NCBI GenBank assembly: GCA_010909165.1
Contig: MU008165.1
Location: 186,001-250,000 of the forward strand
Reading direction: 5' to 3'
Source of the DNA: Anthoceros angustus
Taxonomy: Eukaryota; Plantae; Anthocerotophyta
Length of the DNA stretch: 64,000 nucleotides
Position numbers and translations under genes: made by a program. Of this stretch, positions 48,629 to 62,011 are shown piece by piece. The notes beneath the pieces were generated by a model. The model was given only the letters and a program-made list of their open reading frames with translations. It was not told where the DNA came from and searched no databases. Position 1 is the first letter of the stretch; the number at the start of each line of letters is the position of its first letter.

Positions 48629-49149
48629 CATACCAACACCCATGGTCACTAATGGGTAACCAATTGCTCACATCTGGGAGCATCTCGGAAGAATTTATTT
48701 TTCCATGACGAAGAAGACGATCAAGATGATGTCTATTTATTTCGCTAAAAAATATGTCATGTATTAAAGAAGTAGCCCATGGTAGATTCAAAAGTCTCAA
48801 ACCTTGAGGAGTTTCTTGTTGAATTCAAGTCTGTGAAATTGCCAGGAAGGGCGAGATGCTTCAAATAACTTATCGCCATAGTGAACAGCTAAGTGAGGAT
48901 AATAAAAGTATCAAAAACAATAAATCGGATCCTTTACTCCATTTTTTTGCAGTTGGTGCTTGACAAATACATAGATGAAATCAAACTACCTACACGTTCA
49001 CAACTTGCCTACAAATGCACCTGATCGCACAAAGATCAGCAACCATAAGCTCATGAAACTCCACTACCAAGTTCAAGAAGCTATCATAAGCTCAAGAAGC
49101 TACACCACCAAGTTCATAGCTAGACCAAGAAGATACAATAATTTTCAGA

Positions 49150-52100
49150 GCATGCAGATAGACATCTAGCCCAACCATCTAACAGAGCCTGCAATCACAC
49201 ACACCACTCACTATTAGGATTGCTCAAGGTTATGCATTCACATTTTTTGGTCTAACACACAAGGATGTTCATGTCAAGGATCAAGCACACAAGGCTGTTC
49301 ATGTCAAGGATCAAGCTCAAACATACACAAAAAAAATTTTAGAGCATGAAGACAAACATCTAGACCAAGCATCTAACATGGCCCCCAATCACACACACTA
49401 CTCATTGCTAGGACTGCTCAAGGCCATGCATTCACATGCTCATGTCAAGGATCAAGCACTCAAGGCTGTTCATGTCAAGTATCAAGCTCAAACACATTAT
49501 AAAAAATATTTTACAACAACCAACCAACTGAAACAAGAAAATGACCCACCTGACGCTTCTCCACGCTCTACTTAAAGAAATCCATGGTTTCCATCCTCCT
49601 TTACCAATCCTATGATGCCCACCTCCTTTTCAGGAATACGCTTTTTCTCACACTCCTTGACAGGCATGTCCTCCTGCTCTTGCTCCCTACCAGCATCACC
49701 CTGTCTCACCTCCTTGTCGCTATCCTCAGAGTCTCAAGAAACAAGCTCAACCAAAGCCCTCTTACCTTTCCCCTTGCTTTGTGACCTCGTCACAGGGCCT
49801 TGTGAATCAGGGGTCTCCTCCTGCTAGACATGCATTTTCTGCTCCTTCTCCCCTTCGCGACACTTCTTCTTCTCTTCCTTCAAGGCTTTCCTCCTATTTG
49901 TTTCCTATTTGAAGGCTAACCAGATCATAGCCTTGTGCATTTTTTTCTCCACAAGGATGCCCAAGGCCATCAACCTCGGGATCTTTTGGCCACCACCACT
50001 AGCTTGCTTACCATATATATGGAGGATCAGGTCATCGATGTTCCACCACTCCTTGAGATCCTTTCCACTCGTAAGCCTCGCTGGCCGTTCCTGTTGCCCC
50101 AAACTAGAGGTCAAACACGTACTGGCCTCCCACTGCCTCCTTCAGCCGTTGTTGAAGCTTGCTGTCATGAACGTTCACTCCTTCGTTCGGGCCCTTCGTT
50201 TTGCATCCTGATGCCGTGCTAGAGCGCGAGGTTTAAAGGATCAAGTAGCCTTTGTGCAAGCATTTGTGGAGTTCCACTATCCTTGTTATGTCTAGGTTCG
50301 GCAAAAGGTTTGTTTTTGCTTCCTTGTTGGTCCTTTATGTCAGATTGAGTCTTCATCACTAACGTAAACATCATGGTTATGTAGGAACTATCCGTGCCTT
50401 GAAGTTTCTCAACAGTCCTTTACATCTGTTGTTGATTTTAAGCCCTATCTTTCGGGTATGCTTTGTTTTGTATTCAATATCAATTGTGTTGTTTGTCTTA
50501 ACACTTTTGTTTGCTGCTTATGTTGACTGTATGCTTGAATGTTGACTGCTGCCTCTTTAGTTGCTGATTGTATTTTTATATGCAGACTGTTGTTTCAATG
50601 CTTAATGTATGGCTCTTGTAACTGACTGTATGGTGAGTTTTTTTTCTCATATCTCTTATGTTGTGTCTTAACCGTATCAGGTCATGAAAGAGATTGGTAA
50701 GTTGTGGTCATATGTTGAAAAATAACTGTATTGACCGTTGACTACTTAAAAACTGCCTGTTTGCTCGACATGTGACTGTTTGTTTGCAAACTAACTGGTT
50801 TGCTTTTGTGCGTTGACAGTATTCTTGAACGTGATTGTATGACTCTTATATGTTGACTGTATGATTGTGTGATATTTATTATTCTATTGCTGATTATTTG
50901 TTGACTATATTTATTACTCATGTCAGTCGTTTTGTAGTGTGAATTATGTTGGTTCTATACTCTCATTGTTTGCTGATGCTTGATCATTTGTAGGAAACCG
51001 ATTAATTTGTTTTGTATGTAGGTAATTTATAAAGATTTGTTCTTAGTGAATGCATACTATATGCTTGAATGTTGACTACTGCCTGCTTGATTGTTGGCTG
51101 TATTTTGACATGTTCATTGTTTGTTTGATTGTTGATTGTATAGCTCTTGTAACTAACTATATGGTGACTTTACTTTCAATATCACTTGTGTTGTGTCTTA
51201 ACCTTATCAATCCATGAAAGAGACTATCAATTTGTGGTCGTATGTTGAAAATGACTGCATAGATCGCTGACTCCTTACATGCTGACTGCTCGAATGTTGA
51301 CTCTATGCTTGACATTTGACTGTTTATTTGTAAACTGACTGATTTGCTCTGTATGCTTACGCTATTCTTGAACATGATAGTATAGCTCTTGTATGTTGAC
51401 TGTATGACTGTGTGCTATTTATTATTTTGTCGCTAACTGTTTCATGACTTTATTTATTACTTATGTCAATAGTTTTATAGTATGAATTATGCCGGCTCTA
51501 TGCTCTCATTGTTTGGTGACAATATGATCATTTGTAGGACACTGATGTGTTCTGTATGAAGTTAATGTTTATTTTTTTTATTAAAAATTGACTAATTGCT
51601 AGAAATAAATTTGTGCATCTTGTGCTAATTATTGTGTGTTGTTAATGTGTGATAGAGGATGGATGCTGATTGTTGTTTATTATTACTTATGTCATAGTTT
51701 TATAGTATGAATTATGCCGCTCTATGCTCTCATTGTTTGGTGACAATATGATCATTGTAGGACATGATGTTCGTAGATGAAGTTAATGTTTATTTTTTTT
51801 ATTAAAAATTGACTAATTGCTAGAAATAAATTTGTGCATCTTGTGCTAATTATTGTGTGTTGTTAATGTGTGATAGAGGATGGATGCTGATTGTTGTTTA
51901 TTTTGTTAACGTCTGTTGTTACAATTTATTATTACTTATGGGTTAATGGTTTTGATTGTGGTCTATATTGAATGCTAATTACTAGCTGAATGTATAATGC
52001 TTGCTGGTTACTTTAGTTGTGTTAGAGTGTTCATAAGTGATTGCATGCTTAATTTGTTGTAAATTGTCCTTGAAGACAATATCTGACAAATTTCTTTTCG
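49150..52100. repeat. AT-rich, internally duplicated TE-like non-coding tract with a decayed charged ORF (~49580-50220, minus strand)
   Basis: Duplications at ~49150-49510, ~50500-51000 vs ~51050-51560, and ~51450-51680 vs ~51680-51910. Recurrent TGTTGACTGTATG motifs. Stop-interrupted Lys/Glu-rich minus frame. Confidence 0.6.
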
Positions 52101-52339
52101 GTGTAGCAGAGTTACATCTTATCTGGTTTGCTTCATTCGTTGACTCGGATGGGGAAACATGCTATTTATTTCTGTTTTTGTCTGTTGGTATTTTAGAATT
52201 CTTTTTTTAAAATTATTTTTGTTAATTTTCTGGTTGTAGGGACAGTTGGTGCGGTGGTTACCGTCTGAGAGTTTAGGAGAGCATTGTAGTTGTTTTTTGA
52301 TTGTTATTGTGTATTGCATCGTGAAAGGAATTGTTTCAG

Positions 52340-53900
52340 ATAGGGGAAAAGAAGACTTTATTATAAAAAAGAGATGGGAAAAACCCATCCACCCCAAAAA
52401 CAAAGGGGGAAAAACCCAACAAAGGGCACAATGCCAGGAGGACTAGCCCTCACGATCACGTATTTCAAAACCACTAACTCAAGAACTTCGAGTCGGGGAT
52501 GTGAAAAGACCTACTTACCACCTGGTGGTCAGCAAGTCAGATCCCCGGGCCACATTATTCCCCAGACACCCGTGACAGGCTAATGCCCTCCGGCAGAGCG
52601 ATGGAAACTCTCTGTCGGATGAAAGCAACAATTCAAGAAAGGGGGAGGGCAACCCCATTCTTGCGGCTTCTGATACACTTGGCATGCAAGCCTTGACGAA
52701 CTCCCAGAGAAATCCTCGCCCATATCTTGCGGAGTCCCAATGCAATGGCAAGGTGATGAAGGCATGGCCATCCCAAAGACAGTGGAGAGTACTTGTGGAC
52801 CTTAGTCACACGCATCCTCTCGCCTAAACCTCGAGGGTTAAGAATAACATGTTCTGTGGACACTATCCCAAGTGACCTGCTATAACTCACATCAAGAATC
52901 AACTTGATCCCCGTGTCAAAAATAGATCTCCGCTTCTAAGCGAAACCCCTTTTGACAGGGTGGGCGGGGTGGCGCTCCTCAATGGAAATGGAACCCGCCT
53001 TCCTAAAGTAATAGAATATGATTGCCTGGACACACAAGATAGCGAAATATGCTACCCACCTGGGACATGCAGCCAAGTGCGTCCCAAAGTCATCAAGAGG
53101 GGCCCCACAGCTACAAGTTAAAAGAGAGCAAGCCAGAGGTTGGACCAAGCCAAGGCGAAAACGCATCGAGGTGGAAAAAGTTGTAGGTGCAGAACGCTCA
53201 ATACCGGGTCGAGCTGCCAAGAACCCGCCCCTTCCCCAAGCAAGCGAGAGAGCCGAGTAAGTCGTTTCAGAGGGACGCTTGAAGCCCCCGGAGCCCAACC
53301 TCGGGAAGCTGAGAAAACGACATGATGGCGGTACTTGAGGATAAAGAGTCCCTAGCTAATCTTAGTGAGAGGCCTGCATGGGAAAAGTCCTCCTCAACGC
53401 CCGCGATAAAAGCCTCTGTGATATGTGAATGCCGAATTAAGAAACGGAGGACAAGATGGGGCAGAGAGCCCAGCCCTACAGGACATGAAGTGAGGCCTCC
53501 GTGGGCAGCAGCTGGTGCCCCAAAAGCGGCGGAAGAACGCCCGCCGCCATAGATCCCCGCCGACACTCGAAGATGCTTGGGCCGATGATGTCGCCTAAAA
53601 CTCCGTGATAAGCACGCTTGTCAAAATTCCTTAGGCTAGACAAGAAAATCAAGCAGGGCAACCATTCGATGGTACCGGCCGAGGATATGGAATGTCGAAA
53701 ATTAAAGCGGAATTATTTCAAATTCAACATGTAGGTATTTGTTTCTTCTAATCCTCCCATGAAGATTTTTATCAAGGCCAAGCAGCAGCAGGCGTCATTT
53801 GACCGAGTACTAGCTCTGCCCCGGACCGCCACTGAGTTTGCCACGCCAGTCCCGACCGAAGCAGTGGACCGTGCCTTTTTATGACACCTTGTCATTAAAT
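52340..53900 (-). mobile_element. Degenerate CRE-like non-LTR retrotransposon (C-terminal zinc knuckle + restriction-like endonuclease region)
   Basis: Frameshifted RLTRLSRLLGEGAGSWQ / FSTSMRFRLGLVQP...TCSCGAPLDDFGTHLAACPR, a C-x-C...H...C knuckle. It is followed by ...LILDVS...RMRVTKVHKY, and its 3' end is shared with 42.9 and 44.5 kb. Confidence 0.65.
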
Positions 53901-54474
53901 ATAATAAAGATAAATAAATAATTTATAAATAATAATATAAAAATTGCAGTGCAGTCCATGATTGCAGCAGATCAAAGCGTCCATGATAAGATGTCCATGT
54001 GTCCATAATAATATAAGTTCTTGACATAAAATTTTATAGCAATTTATTAATTTTAAACCGAACTTTTATAGAACCTCGTCCCCAAGGGTAATAGGGGACC
54101 GAGGGTGGGGACCGAGGGGACTTGAAGAACCTCCGTCCCATGTTTTTTAACACACGGAGTCGACCCAATCGAGCTTGGGGATTTGTCAAAATGATGCTCG
54201 TGACGTGTTCTTTGTTTTGTAAGGTAACTATGTTTTTGTTTAGTATGGATTTGTGCCTGCAATATTTTTCAATATTTAAGTTCTAATTTAGAATTGTAGA
54301 TGCCTCCAAAGAAGAATGTTGGGAAGCCCCCACTTGGTAAATCAAAGAGGACAAAGCCCTTAGGTCACATGTTGGTAGAGCCTCACATGAGAAAGAGGGT
54401 TATGTCCGCATACAAACATGTCATGGGGAAGTGCCATAGCGATGATGATGTTGTGGATGGTGTGATGGTTAACC

Positions 54475-56626
54475 GCAAGGATACTTATTTAGTCCCTCTG
54501 TCTGTTCCAAAGCCTCCAAGACATTATTCAAGCGCAGAAGAGAAGAGAGATCAAGGAACCTATTTTGGTGGAGGGTTCTTTGAAAGAGATCATTAATTAA
54601 ATTCTTGTGTCTAGGTGAGGTTTTTCATTTTTGTTGCATACTGACATAACTTCTAGTGATGATCCGATGGTTGTCTGCTTATTGAGGCTTGCTTGCGTAA
54701 TTGCGCCTCTCGCATGCAAGACCTCTTGTATTTTGTGCATGTTTTTGTTGTTAACTTTACTTGGTGTGGTGAAAAGTGCCGTGCATACCATCGCATGTGC
54801 ACCAAAGGTTCGTGAAGGGGAGGAATTACACAACCTTATGATTGCTGACTTCAGCTTTTCCAAGGACTCGGGGTTTAGGGTTTGAGAGCATTCTATATCT
54901 TATTTGTTTGCATCTTCTAATTCTTTTCTTATTTTAATTGTACCAACTGAGTGGGAACCTGCCTCAAAGCAATGTAGACCTGTAATCTTCCATTCTTTCT
55001 TTGTGTATTTTTTATCCCTCGTACATAGTGTTTTGATCCATGTTCTTCAACATCGACACAATTTTTCTATAACATTGGTCCATGTTAAGGTTGTCTTTTG
55101 TAGCAAATTCCCGTTTCTCTATAATAAAAAAAATTTGGAATTTTTTACCAATTTTTGTTCAAAATGTGAAAAGATCATCTCTAGAAAATTTATAAACCCT
55201 TAAGAAACGGTAGAGCCATTACTACATGGATAGTTGGGAGAAAGTTCACACTTTGTACACACCGGGACAGCATTTGCTTCAAGTGTGACAAAAGATAGAC
55301 TTTGCGAAAGAGGATTGGGTGAGTTGCTTTGTAGCAAAGCTGCAGAGTTGAGGGGCGACTTTGAATGACACCTCACTTCCCACTAAATAGGAGGTGAGCC
55401 CATCTTCCTTCCACCACAAAGTCTGCTGCTTCAAAATGGGTAAGGACTTGATCACATGCCTGTGATCAGTGTGTTGCACAAAAGGAATTCTTAAACATAG
55501 AGTTTAAGCATAATGCTTAGTTCACAAACGGGTCAAAGCAAGGATACTTATTTAGTCCTCTCGTCTGCTCCAAAGCCTCCAAGACATTATTCAAGCCTTG
55601 AGAAGAGAAGAGAGATCAAGGAACCTATTTTGGTGGAGGGTTCTTTGAAAGAGATCATTAATTAAATTCTTGTGTCTAGGTGAGGTTTTTCATTTTTGTT
55701 GCATACTGACATAACTTCTAGTGATGATCCGATGGTTGTCCAAGCTATTGAGGCTTGCTTGCAGAATGGTACTCTCTGTCAGGCAAGACCTCTTGTATTT
55801 TTTGTGCATGTTTTTGTTGTTAACTTTACTTGGTGTGGTGAAAAGTGCAGCCGTGCATACTACTGCATGTGCAGATTCAGTGTTCGTGAAGGGGAGGAAT
55901 TACACAACCTTATGATTGCTGACTTCAGCTTTTCCAAGGACTCGGGGTTTAGGGTTTGAGAGCATTCTATATCTTATTTGTTTGCATCTTCTAATTCTTT
56001 TCTTATTTTAATTGTACCAACTGAGTGGGAACCTGCCTCAAAGCAATGTAGACCTGTAATCTTCCATTCTTTCTTTGTGTATTTTTTATCCCTCGTACAT
56101 AGTGTTTTGATCCATGTTCTTCAACACTGTACACAATTTTTCTATAACATTGGTCCATGTTAAGGTTGTCTTTTGTAGCAAATTCTGCTCTCTATAATAA
56201 AAAAAATTTGAATTTTTTTACCAATTTTTTTGTTCAAAACGTGAAAAGATCTTCTAGAAAATTTATAAACCCCTTAAGAAACGAGAGCCATTACTACATG
56301 GATATTGGGAGATAAGTCTACACTTTGTACACACTGATTAGCATTTGCTTCAAGTGTGACAAAAAGATAGACTTTGCGAAAAGAGGATTGGGTGAGTTGC
56401 AGCGCCTTTGTAGCAGCAACTGCAGAGTTGAGGGACGACTTTGGACAGACACCTCACTTCCCACTAAATAGGAGGTGAGCCCATCTTCTTCCGACCACAA
56501 AGTCTGTTCAAAATGGGTGCAAGGGACTTGATACTGTGCACGCAGTACAGTGTGAAGCTGCACAAAAAAGGAATTCCAAAACATAGAGTTTAAGCATAAT
56601 GCTTAGTTCACAAACGGGTCAGCAAG
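54475..56626. repeat. Direct tandem duplication of a ~1.07 kb unit (54475-55537 / 55538-56621) with GCAAG microhomology
   Basis: Both halves begin GCAAGGATACTTATTTAGTCC...CCAAAGCCTCCAAGACATTATTCAAG and end GCTTAGTTCACAAACGGGTC. Differences are dominated by small indels. Confidence 0.9.
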
Positions 56627-58497
56627 TGATATGACCAACTCGAGCATTGAGAGCAAGAATAGTTAGCCAAAGGATAGCCACGATGAAGTCACAAAACGAA
56701 ACACAAGTAGATTGGCATGAAAGCATGCCTCAGAGCATCCAAAGTACAACTTGTGGACCCGCAAGGGCCACCTTATCACCTATCCCCTCATCATCTATCC
56801 CCTGCGCTGCTCACATGGGGACACACCTCCCTATTCTGGTTTCCCGTAATCAGCAAAAGATCTCTTCTAAGCACATTTATATGTGTCCACTTAACAGTAT
56901 TCATCCGATGGTTATGGTTTTTAGTGCGTTGGAAAGGCCGTTTGGACTAAGGCCTTATTTTAGGATTGGCTGCTTGCTCATTTCATAGGACTAGCCTTGC
57001 ATTGCTGTGCAATAGGACAAAGTATGCCAAATTGTGGCTTGGTGGGTTGTGCACTTGCAATTCCGATCTTTATTAGTGCGAAACTGACATGTGGTGTTAC
57101 ATGGCCATATTTAACCCCAAAGCGCTGAACGAGTTGATCCCCTCATTTTTTTCAATATAACAATTAATTAAATAAAATAGTTTGTACAAGCGCTCTCGAC
57201 CACAAAGATGAGGATGCTTTCCTCTACCAATTCATGTGCTGAGAAAAACTCTCCACTAAGACAAGCTTCCATGACAAATTCGCGACAACAACTTCGGGAA
57301 TACATGGGTTCGCACCCGACAAACTTTCAGGAGTACGGGTCCATGCCAAAAACACCCTATGTACTGAAGTCCCTTCAACGAAATCGGCGCGTCTTGGAGC
57401 AGCGAGGACTCAACTCTTCTACCTTGTGGCTCTTTAGAGCTTTTTTGGAGACAAACAACGAGTCACAAATTCCCCTCCCCCATGTACCCGCCCCCTTTGA
57501 GAAGACTGAAATTGAATACATACCTTGGTACATACATACTTCCTAGGTATGCACTACCGGGGCTTAAAAGCATAGAATAATAAAGCACAAGCGTGGAGAG
57601 GACACCCATGACGCGAGTCTTGAAGGGGCGCGCGGGAGGCCGGCGCAAGCCAGCGCGTGTGCGAAGGCGACGTGCCGAGGGACCTGGCTCCGCCGTGGCA
57701 GCCACTGTGCGCCACCTCGCAGGTCCGCTTTCACACCTTGGGATGATGTGGCCGCCGGGTCTTCTCATCTTTATAGCTCTCGGCGCGTCCAGGGACAGAT
57801 TGCGCTGCCTTTCGTCCAGTCCCGCCTTGGAATTTCACTCTCCGCTAGAATCGCCCCGCTCCCTTCGCCTCCACCCCTCGCCTCCCCTCGGCTCCCGCCT
57901 CATCCACATCCCGCCCCAGCACAATTCACCGCCATCCCCCGTTCAGGCTGTGTGTGTGGATTTTTGTTACCAGCTTTTCTACACGCACGGTAGGATTTTG
58001 TCGTTCTTTACGCGTTCTCTTGTTTTTCCACTAGTGAAGCAACCTGTTGCACAAAACCATCCATCTCCGTCCGTCTCCCGTACTCCTGGAGTGGTGTGAG
58101 CTTTGCCATCTTGGCTTCCAGGTGTTTGCTAATTCGACTCTCTTTGAGAAGAGGAAGTAGGTAGCGGTGAGATCAATTCCTACATTGCAACCGTCAGTCA
58201 AGTTTTGGTCATTCTCACGTCTCCACAGATAGATTGCTACAGGAGATCCCCCTGTTTGGAAGGATTTCGAAAAACAGAGATACAGTACTTGTCGGAAGTT
58301 GGAGTTTTGTTCCAATTGTGTGTGTTTGTACATAGCTCAATTGGCACAGGTTTTTGAAAAATTCACATTCTCACATCGGAGCAGAACGGCAGTGCGGCAG
58401 GGAGTGGCGTGCTATTGGCGGGATGAATCTGGGACGTTGCAGGATGTGAAAAGGGTCCGGAGTCGAGGCAATTGAGGGAATCCGGGCGAGCATCATC

Positions 58498-60683
58498 ATG
58501 TCTGGTGGCAGGGACAGGGACAGCGCTTCCGTGCCTTTACTGCGGAATGGTTATGCTGGGCGCAGAACTCTTGCTTTCCAGCCCTTTGGGGCTGAGGAGG
58601 AGGAGGAGAGGGCGTACGAGAAGTCTGAGCAAATTGATGTCGCGGCGTATGATAAGGATGGGGCGGAGGATGAGAGTGCAGACTTTTTGCCTAAGTTTTC
58701 CTGGAAAAAACTCTGGATCTACACGGGGCCAGGGTTTCTCATGAGCATTGCTTACCTTGATCCCGGAAACATTGAAAGTGATTTGCAGGTTGGAGCTCAG
58801 GCCGGGTATACATTGCTATGGCTTTTGATGTGGGCCACGGTGATGGGGCTGCTGATTCAATTGCTTGCAGCTAGGCTTGGGGTTGCTACGGGTCGTCATC
58901 TTGCCGAGCTGTGTAGAGACGAATATCCTGTGTGGGCCAGGTTAGTGCTATGGTTGTTGACGGAGTTTGCCATCATCGGGGCAGACATCCAGGAGGTGAT
59001 CGGCAGTGCTATCGCATTTCGTATATTGTCCAATGGGAGGATACCTCTTTGGGCAGGTGTGCTCATCACTGGAATCGATGGGTAAGCTTCTCAATGTTCT
59101 GATCAACTGGTCTGTATCCAGCGCTGTGGCTCAGGGATCAGGAACAGGACGGTAACGTTGTGCTGTTCACCTGTGTGCAGATTTTTGTTTCTGTTTCTGG
59201 AGAGCTTTGGGGTGAGGAAGCTGGAAGCTCTGTTTGGGGCTTTTATCTCCGTTATGGCCGTTTCCTTTGCTTGGATGTTCTTCGAAGCCACGCCTGATGC
59301 GGGGGCGACCATCTCGGGTGAGCAAAGCTTTATAGAGTTTCTGGGGATGGCTCTTTTAATGGAACCTAGTGCTTGAATGACCGTCATCTGCGTATCGGAG
59401 AGTACTTGCAGTTGAAAGAAAAACGCCTTGCCTGACGAGCCTTGGATATGCAGGTCTCATCATCCCAAGAATTCCAGGCCAAGCTTTGGACAAAGCAGTG
59501 GGCATTGTAGGGGCAGTCATCATGCCCCATAACATCTTCCTGCACTCTGCTTTGGTGCAGTCACGGTCCATTGACTCGAGTAAGAAGAGCAGAGTCCGAG
59601 ACGCCCTCAGATACTACTCCATCGAGTCCTCCATCGCGCTCTTTATATCGTTTATTATCAACGTGTTCATCATGGCAGTGTTTGCCAAAGGTTTCTATGG
59701 GAAAAAGGAGGCCGATTCGATTGGCCTTCTGAACGCTGGTACCAATCATGTGCCTACGCTGTCGTTACCCTATTTAGCTGTACACCCTGCCATGGAGCCT
59801 GCTCTAGGACTGATAGTTGTTTTGTTGACTTGCTTGAAGGTGAATACCTACAACGGGAGTACGGTGGTGGATTTTTTCCCATTCTCTACATATGGGCTAT
59901 CGGGCTATTGGCAGCAGGTCAAAGCAGCACGATGACTGGTACCTACACAGGGCAGTTTGTCATGGCGGGGTTTTTGAACCTTAAAGTGAAGAAGTGGATC
60001 CGTGTTTTCATCACCAGGAGTGTGGCCATCATCCCAACAATCCTCGTTGCTCTGCTTTTTGACAACTCAGAGAATGAGCTGGACCTTGTAAATGAGTGGC
60101 TCAACGTGTTACAGTCTGTCCAACTGCCATTTGCCTTGATTCCTCTTCTCGTCCTTGTTGCCAACGAAAGAATCATGGGAGTGTTTGCAATCGGGACGAT
60201 CACTAAGGTAAGAGAGCCCTCTTCTCCATGTGAAATTGCATCATACTTTGTCTTCAGTCAACTTGACTACAAAGTTTTAGTGTCCCTGCAATTTACATAT
60301 TGAATAACGTGCAGGTGGTCGCTTGGTTCATTGCGCTTCTTGTGCTACTGATCAATGCCTATCTACTAGTTGCCTTCTTCCTGATCGAGAGGGTCGACAC
60401 ACCATTTGTGATTGCCCTGCTCCTCTTGGGCACTGTCGCATATGTGGCTTTCATCTTGTACTTGATACTTCAGCCGGTGGTAAAGGACGGTGGCTGGAAG
60501 TTTCTGAGTTGCAAGGCCCCCTTTCCAGGGTTAGTGCTCCCTCTCCCTCTCTTTGTCAGCTACCCCTCTATTGCAGCTCGATCGTCGTGAGAGTCCCTGC
60601 TCTCAAATCTCTCGCATTCTTGCAGGGACAAGTTAAGCAGTGCGGGTCACGAGACAACGTTCGACTTGCCAACTGCCTCCTAG
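58498..60683 (+). CDS. NRAMP: NRAMP divalent metal transporter (NRAMP2/3/4-like), multi-exon
   Basis: [21 protein letters not shown] (DPGN motif); GRHLAELCR; [12 protein letters not shown]; [19 protein letters not shown] (MPH motif); [22 protein letters not shown]; [12 protein letters not shown]. Last exon [19 protein letters not shown] ends at 60683. Confidence 0.96.
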
Positions 60684-61121
60684 GGGCCGCCCTCTACAAT
60701 CACATCTACTCATCACATACCCTATTCCACGGTACCAACTGCCAAGTAACCGCTGAGGTACAGTAAAACGTGTAGATCGATTAGAAACGACGATTCAGAT
60801 TGAGGCAGCCCATCTCGATCTGAATACCACTTGGATGCGGTACCAACTTGGGTCGGGGGTCAGCTGGGTCAGTTGTACTGTTGCCCACCTGATTCTTTTT
60901 CCCCGTTAAAGCTGGAATCCGGACGTGCGAGATGTGTGTACAGTGCTGCTATTATTGAAGCGAAAATACTATTCCTGTTATGCTACGTGTGTAGTACAAC
61001 ACTACATATCACCACTTATTGAGGTAGTAGTCCGAAGCACTAGCTCACTTTGAAGTATTTTTTGAATAATAACATAACCAAAACAAGCAACACAAGCATA
61101 TCATATTCAGACTTTAGCAAC

Positions 61122-62011
61122 CCAAAGGCTAAATCTCACCGAAAGATTATTGCCCGCTTATCGAATATCGAAGCGCGTGCCAATGTTGTAGCGTAGTGCC
61201 CGGCTACCGGCCACAAGGCTAAGGACTGGCCACTTGGCAACCTGCCATTCTTGCAGGATGGTTGCTGGGACCAACCATCCATTTCCCATTTCCGTGACAA
61301 ATCTCTTGGTGACTTTCCTGGAGACAGAGTTCACAAACTGTAGGACAACTTAGCAGGCGGGAAGCCATAAAATGAAATAGGCAACCATGCATTTTGGATA
61401 CCTTCCTTCGTCCACTGCCAGGTCCTTGTTCTGGGCCTCCAATCTGGATGCACGAAGGATTCGTTACTGCTTGCCGCCGTTCATCTGGTCGATATGAACA
61501 GTGGACAGTAACTGATTCACAGGCCTGTGTTCTGGTCATACGTTGTCGAGGTGTGCCAGACATTTTCCAAGAGCGCACTCTCACCATTTAGGTTGGAAAC
61601 CAAATGTTAAACTCTTCCCCTACAACAAAATCAGGCAGTCTCTCCCACGGAATGTATGTAAGCTTCACTTCCTGCTTGGTCTAGAAAATTTCCCCCGAAT
61701 GGCTACAATTCAACTAAAATCCTCTTTGCAAAATGGGCCAGCTACAGCTTGCTGCAGGCCTTCAAACCCTGAGACCTGTTCGGGCAGCATTGCTGGAGTT
61801 TCAAACTATACGGAATGTTCAAATGGGAGGCAGCCTAAGCACCTCATCAGTCTGATTCATCATTTTGGAATTGTTGCACAAGCCGTAACGGGCAGTGCAG
61901 AGGAAAACCAGCCCGTAGCCTGGGGCCGGTAGCCGGGCCCTATGGGACAAGGTTGGCACCGCGAGTCGATAAGCTAGTATTAATCTTTCGTCGGTGAGAT
62001 TTAGCCCTTGG
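61122..62011. mobile_element. Non-autonomous TIR DNA transposon (MULE/Pack-MULE-like), 890 bp
   Basis: ~110-bp imperfect inverted termini (CCAAAGGCTAAATCTCACCGA...GCCCGGCTACCGGCC... versus the reverse complement of ~61905-62011). Flanks CTTTAGCAAC (61112-61121) and CCTTAGCAAC (62012-62021) form a 10-bp TSD with one mismatch. Confidence 0.8.

Noticed and set aside
54865-54885. TTTAGGG telomere-like motif (also near 15162, 35077, 40065 and 55950)
   Set aside because: Only 1-2 units each, not a telomeric array.
57553-57565. CACTAC as a CACTA transposon terminus
   Set aside because: No matching inverted terminus, subterminal repeats or 3-bp TSD found.
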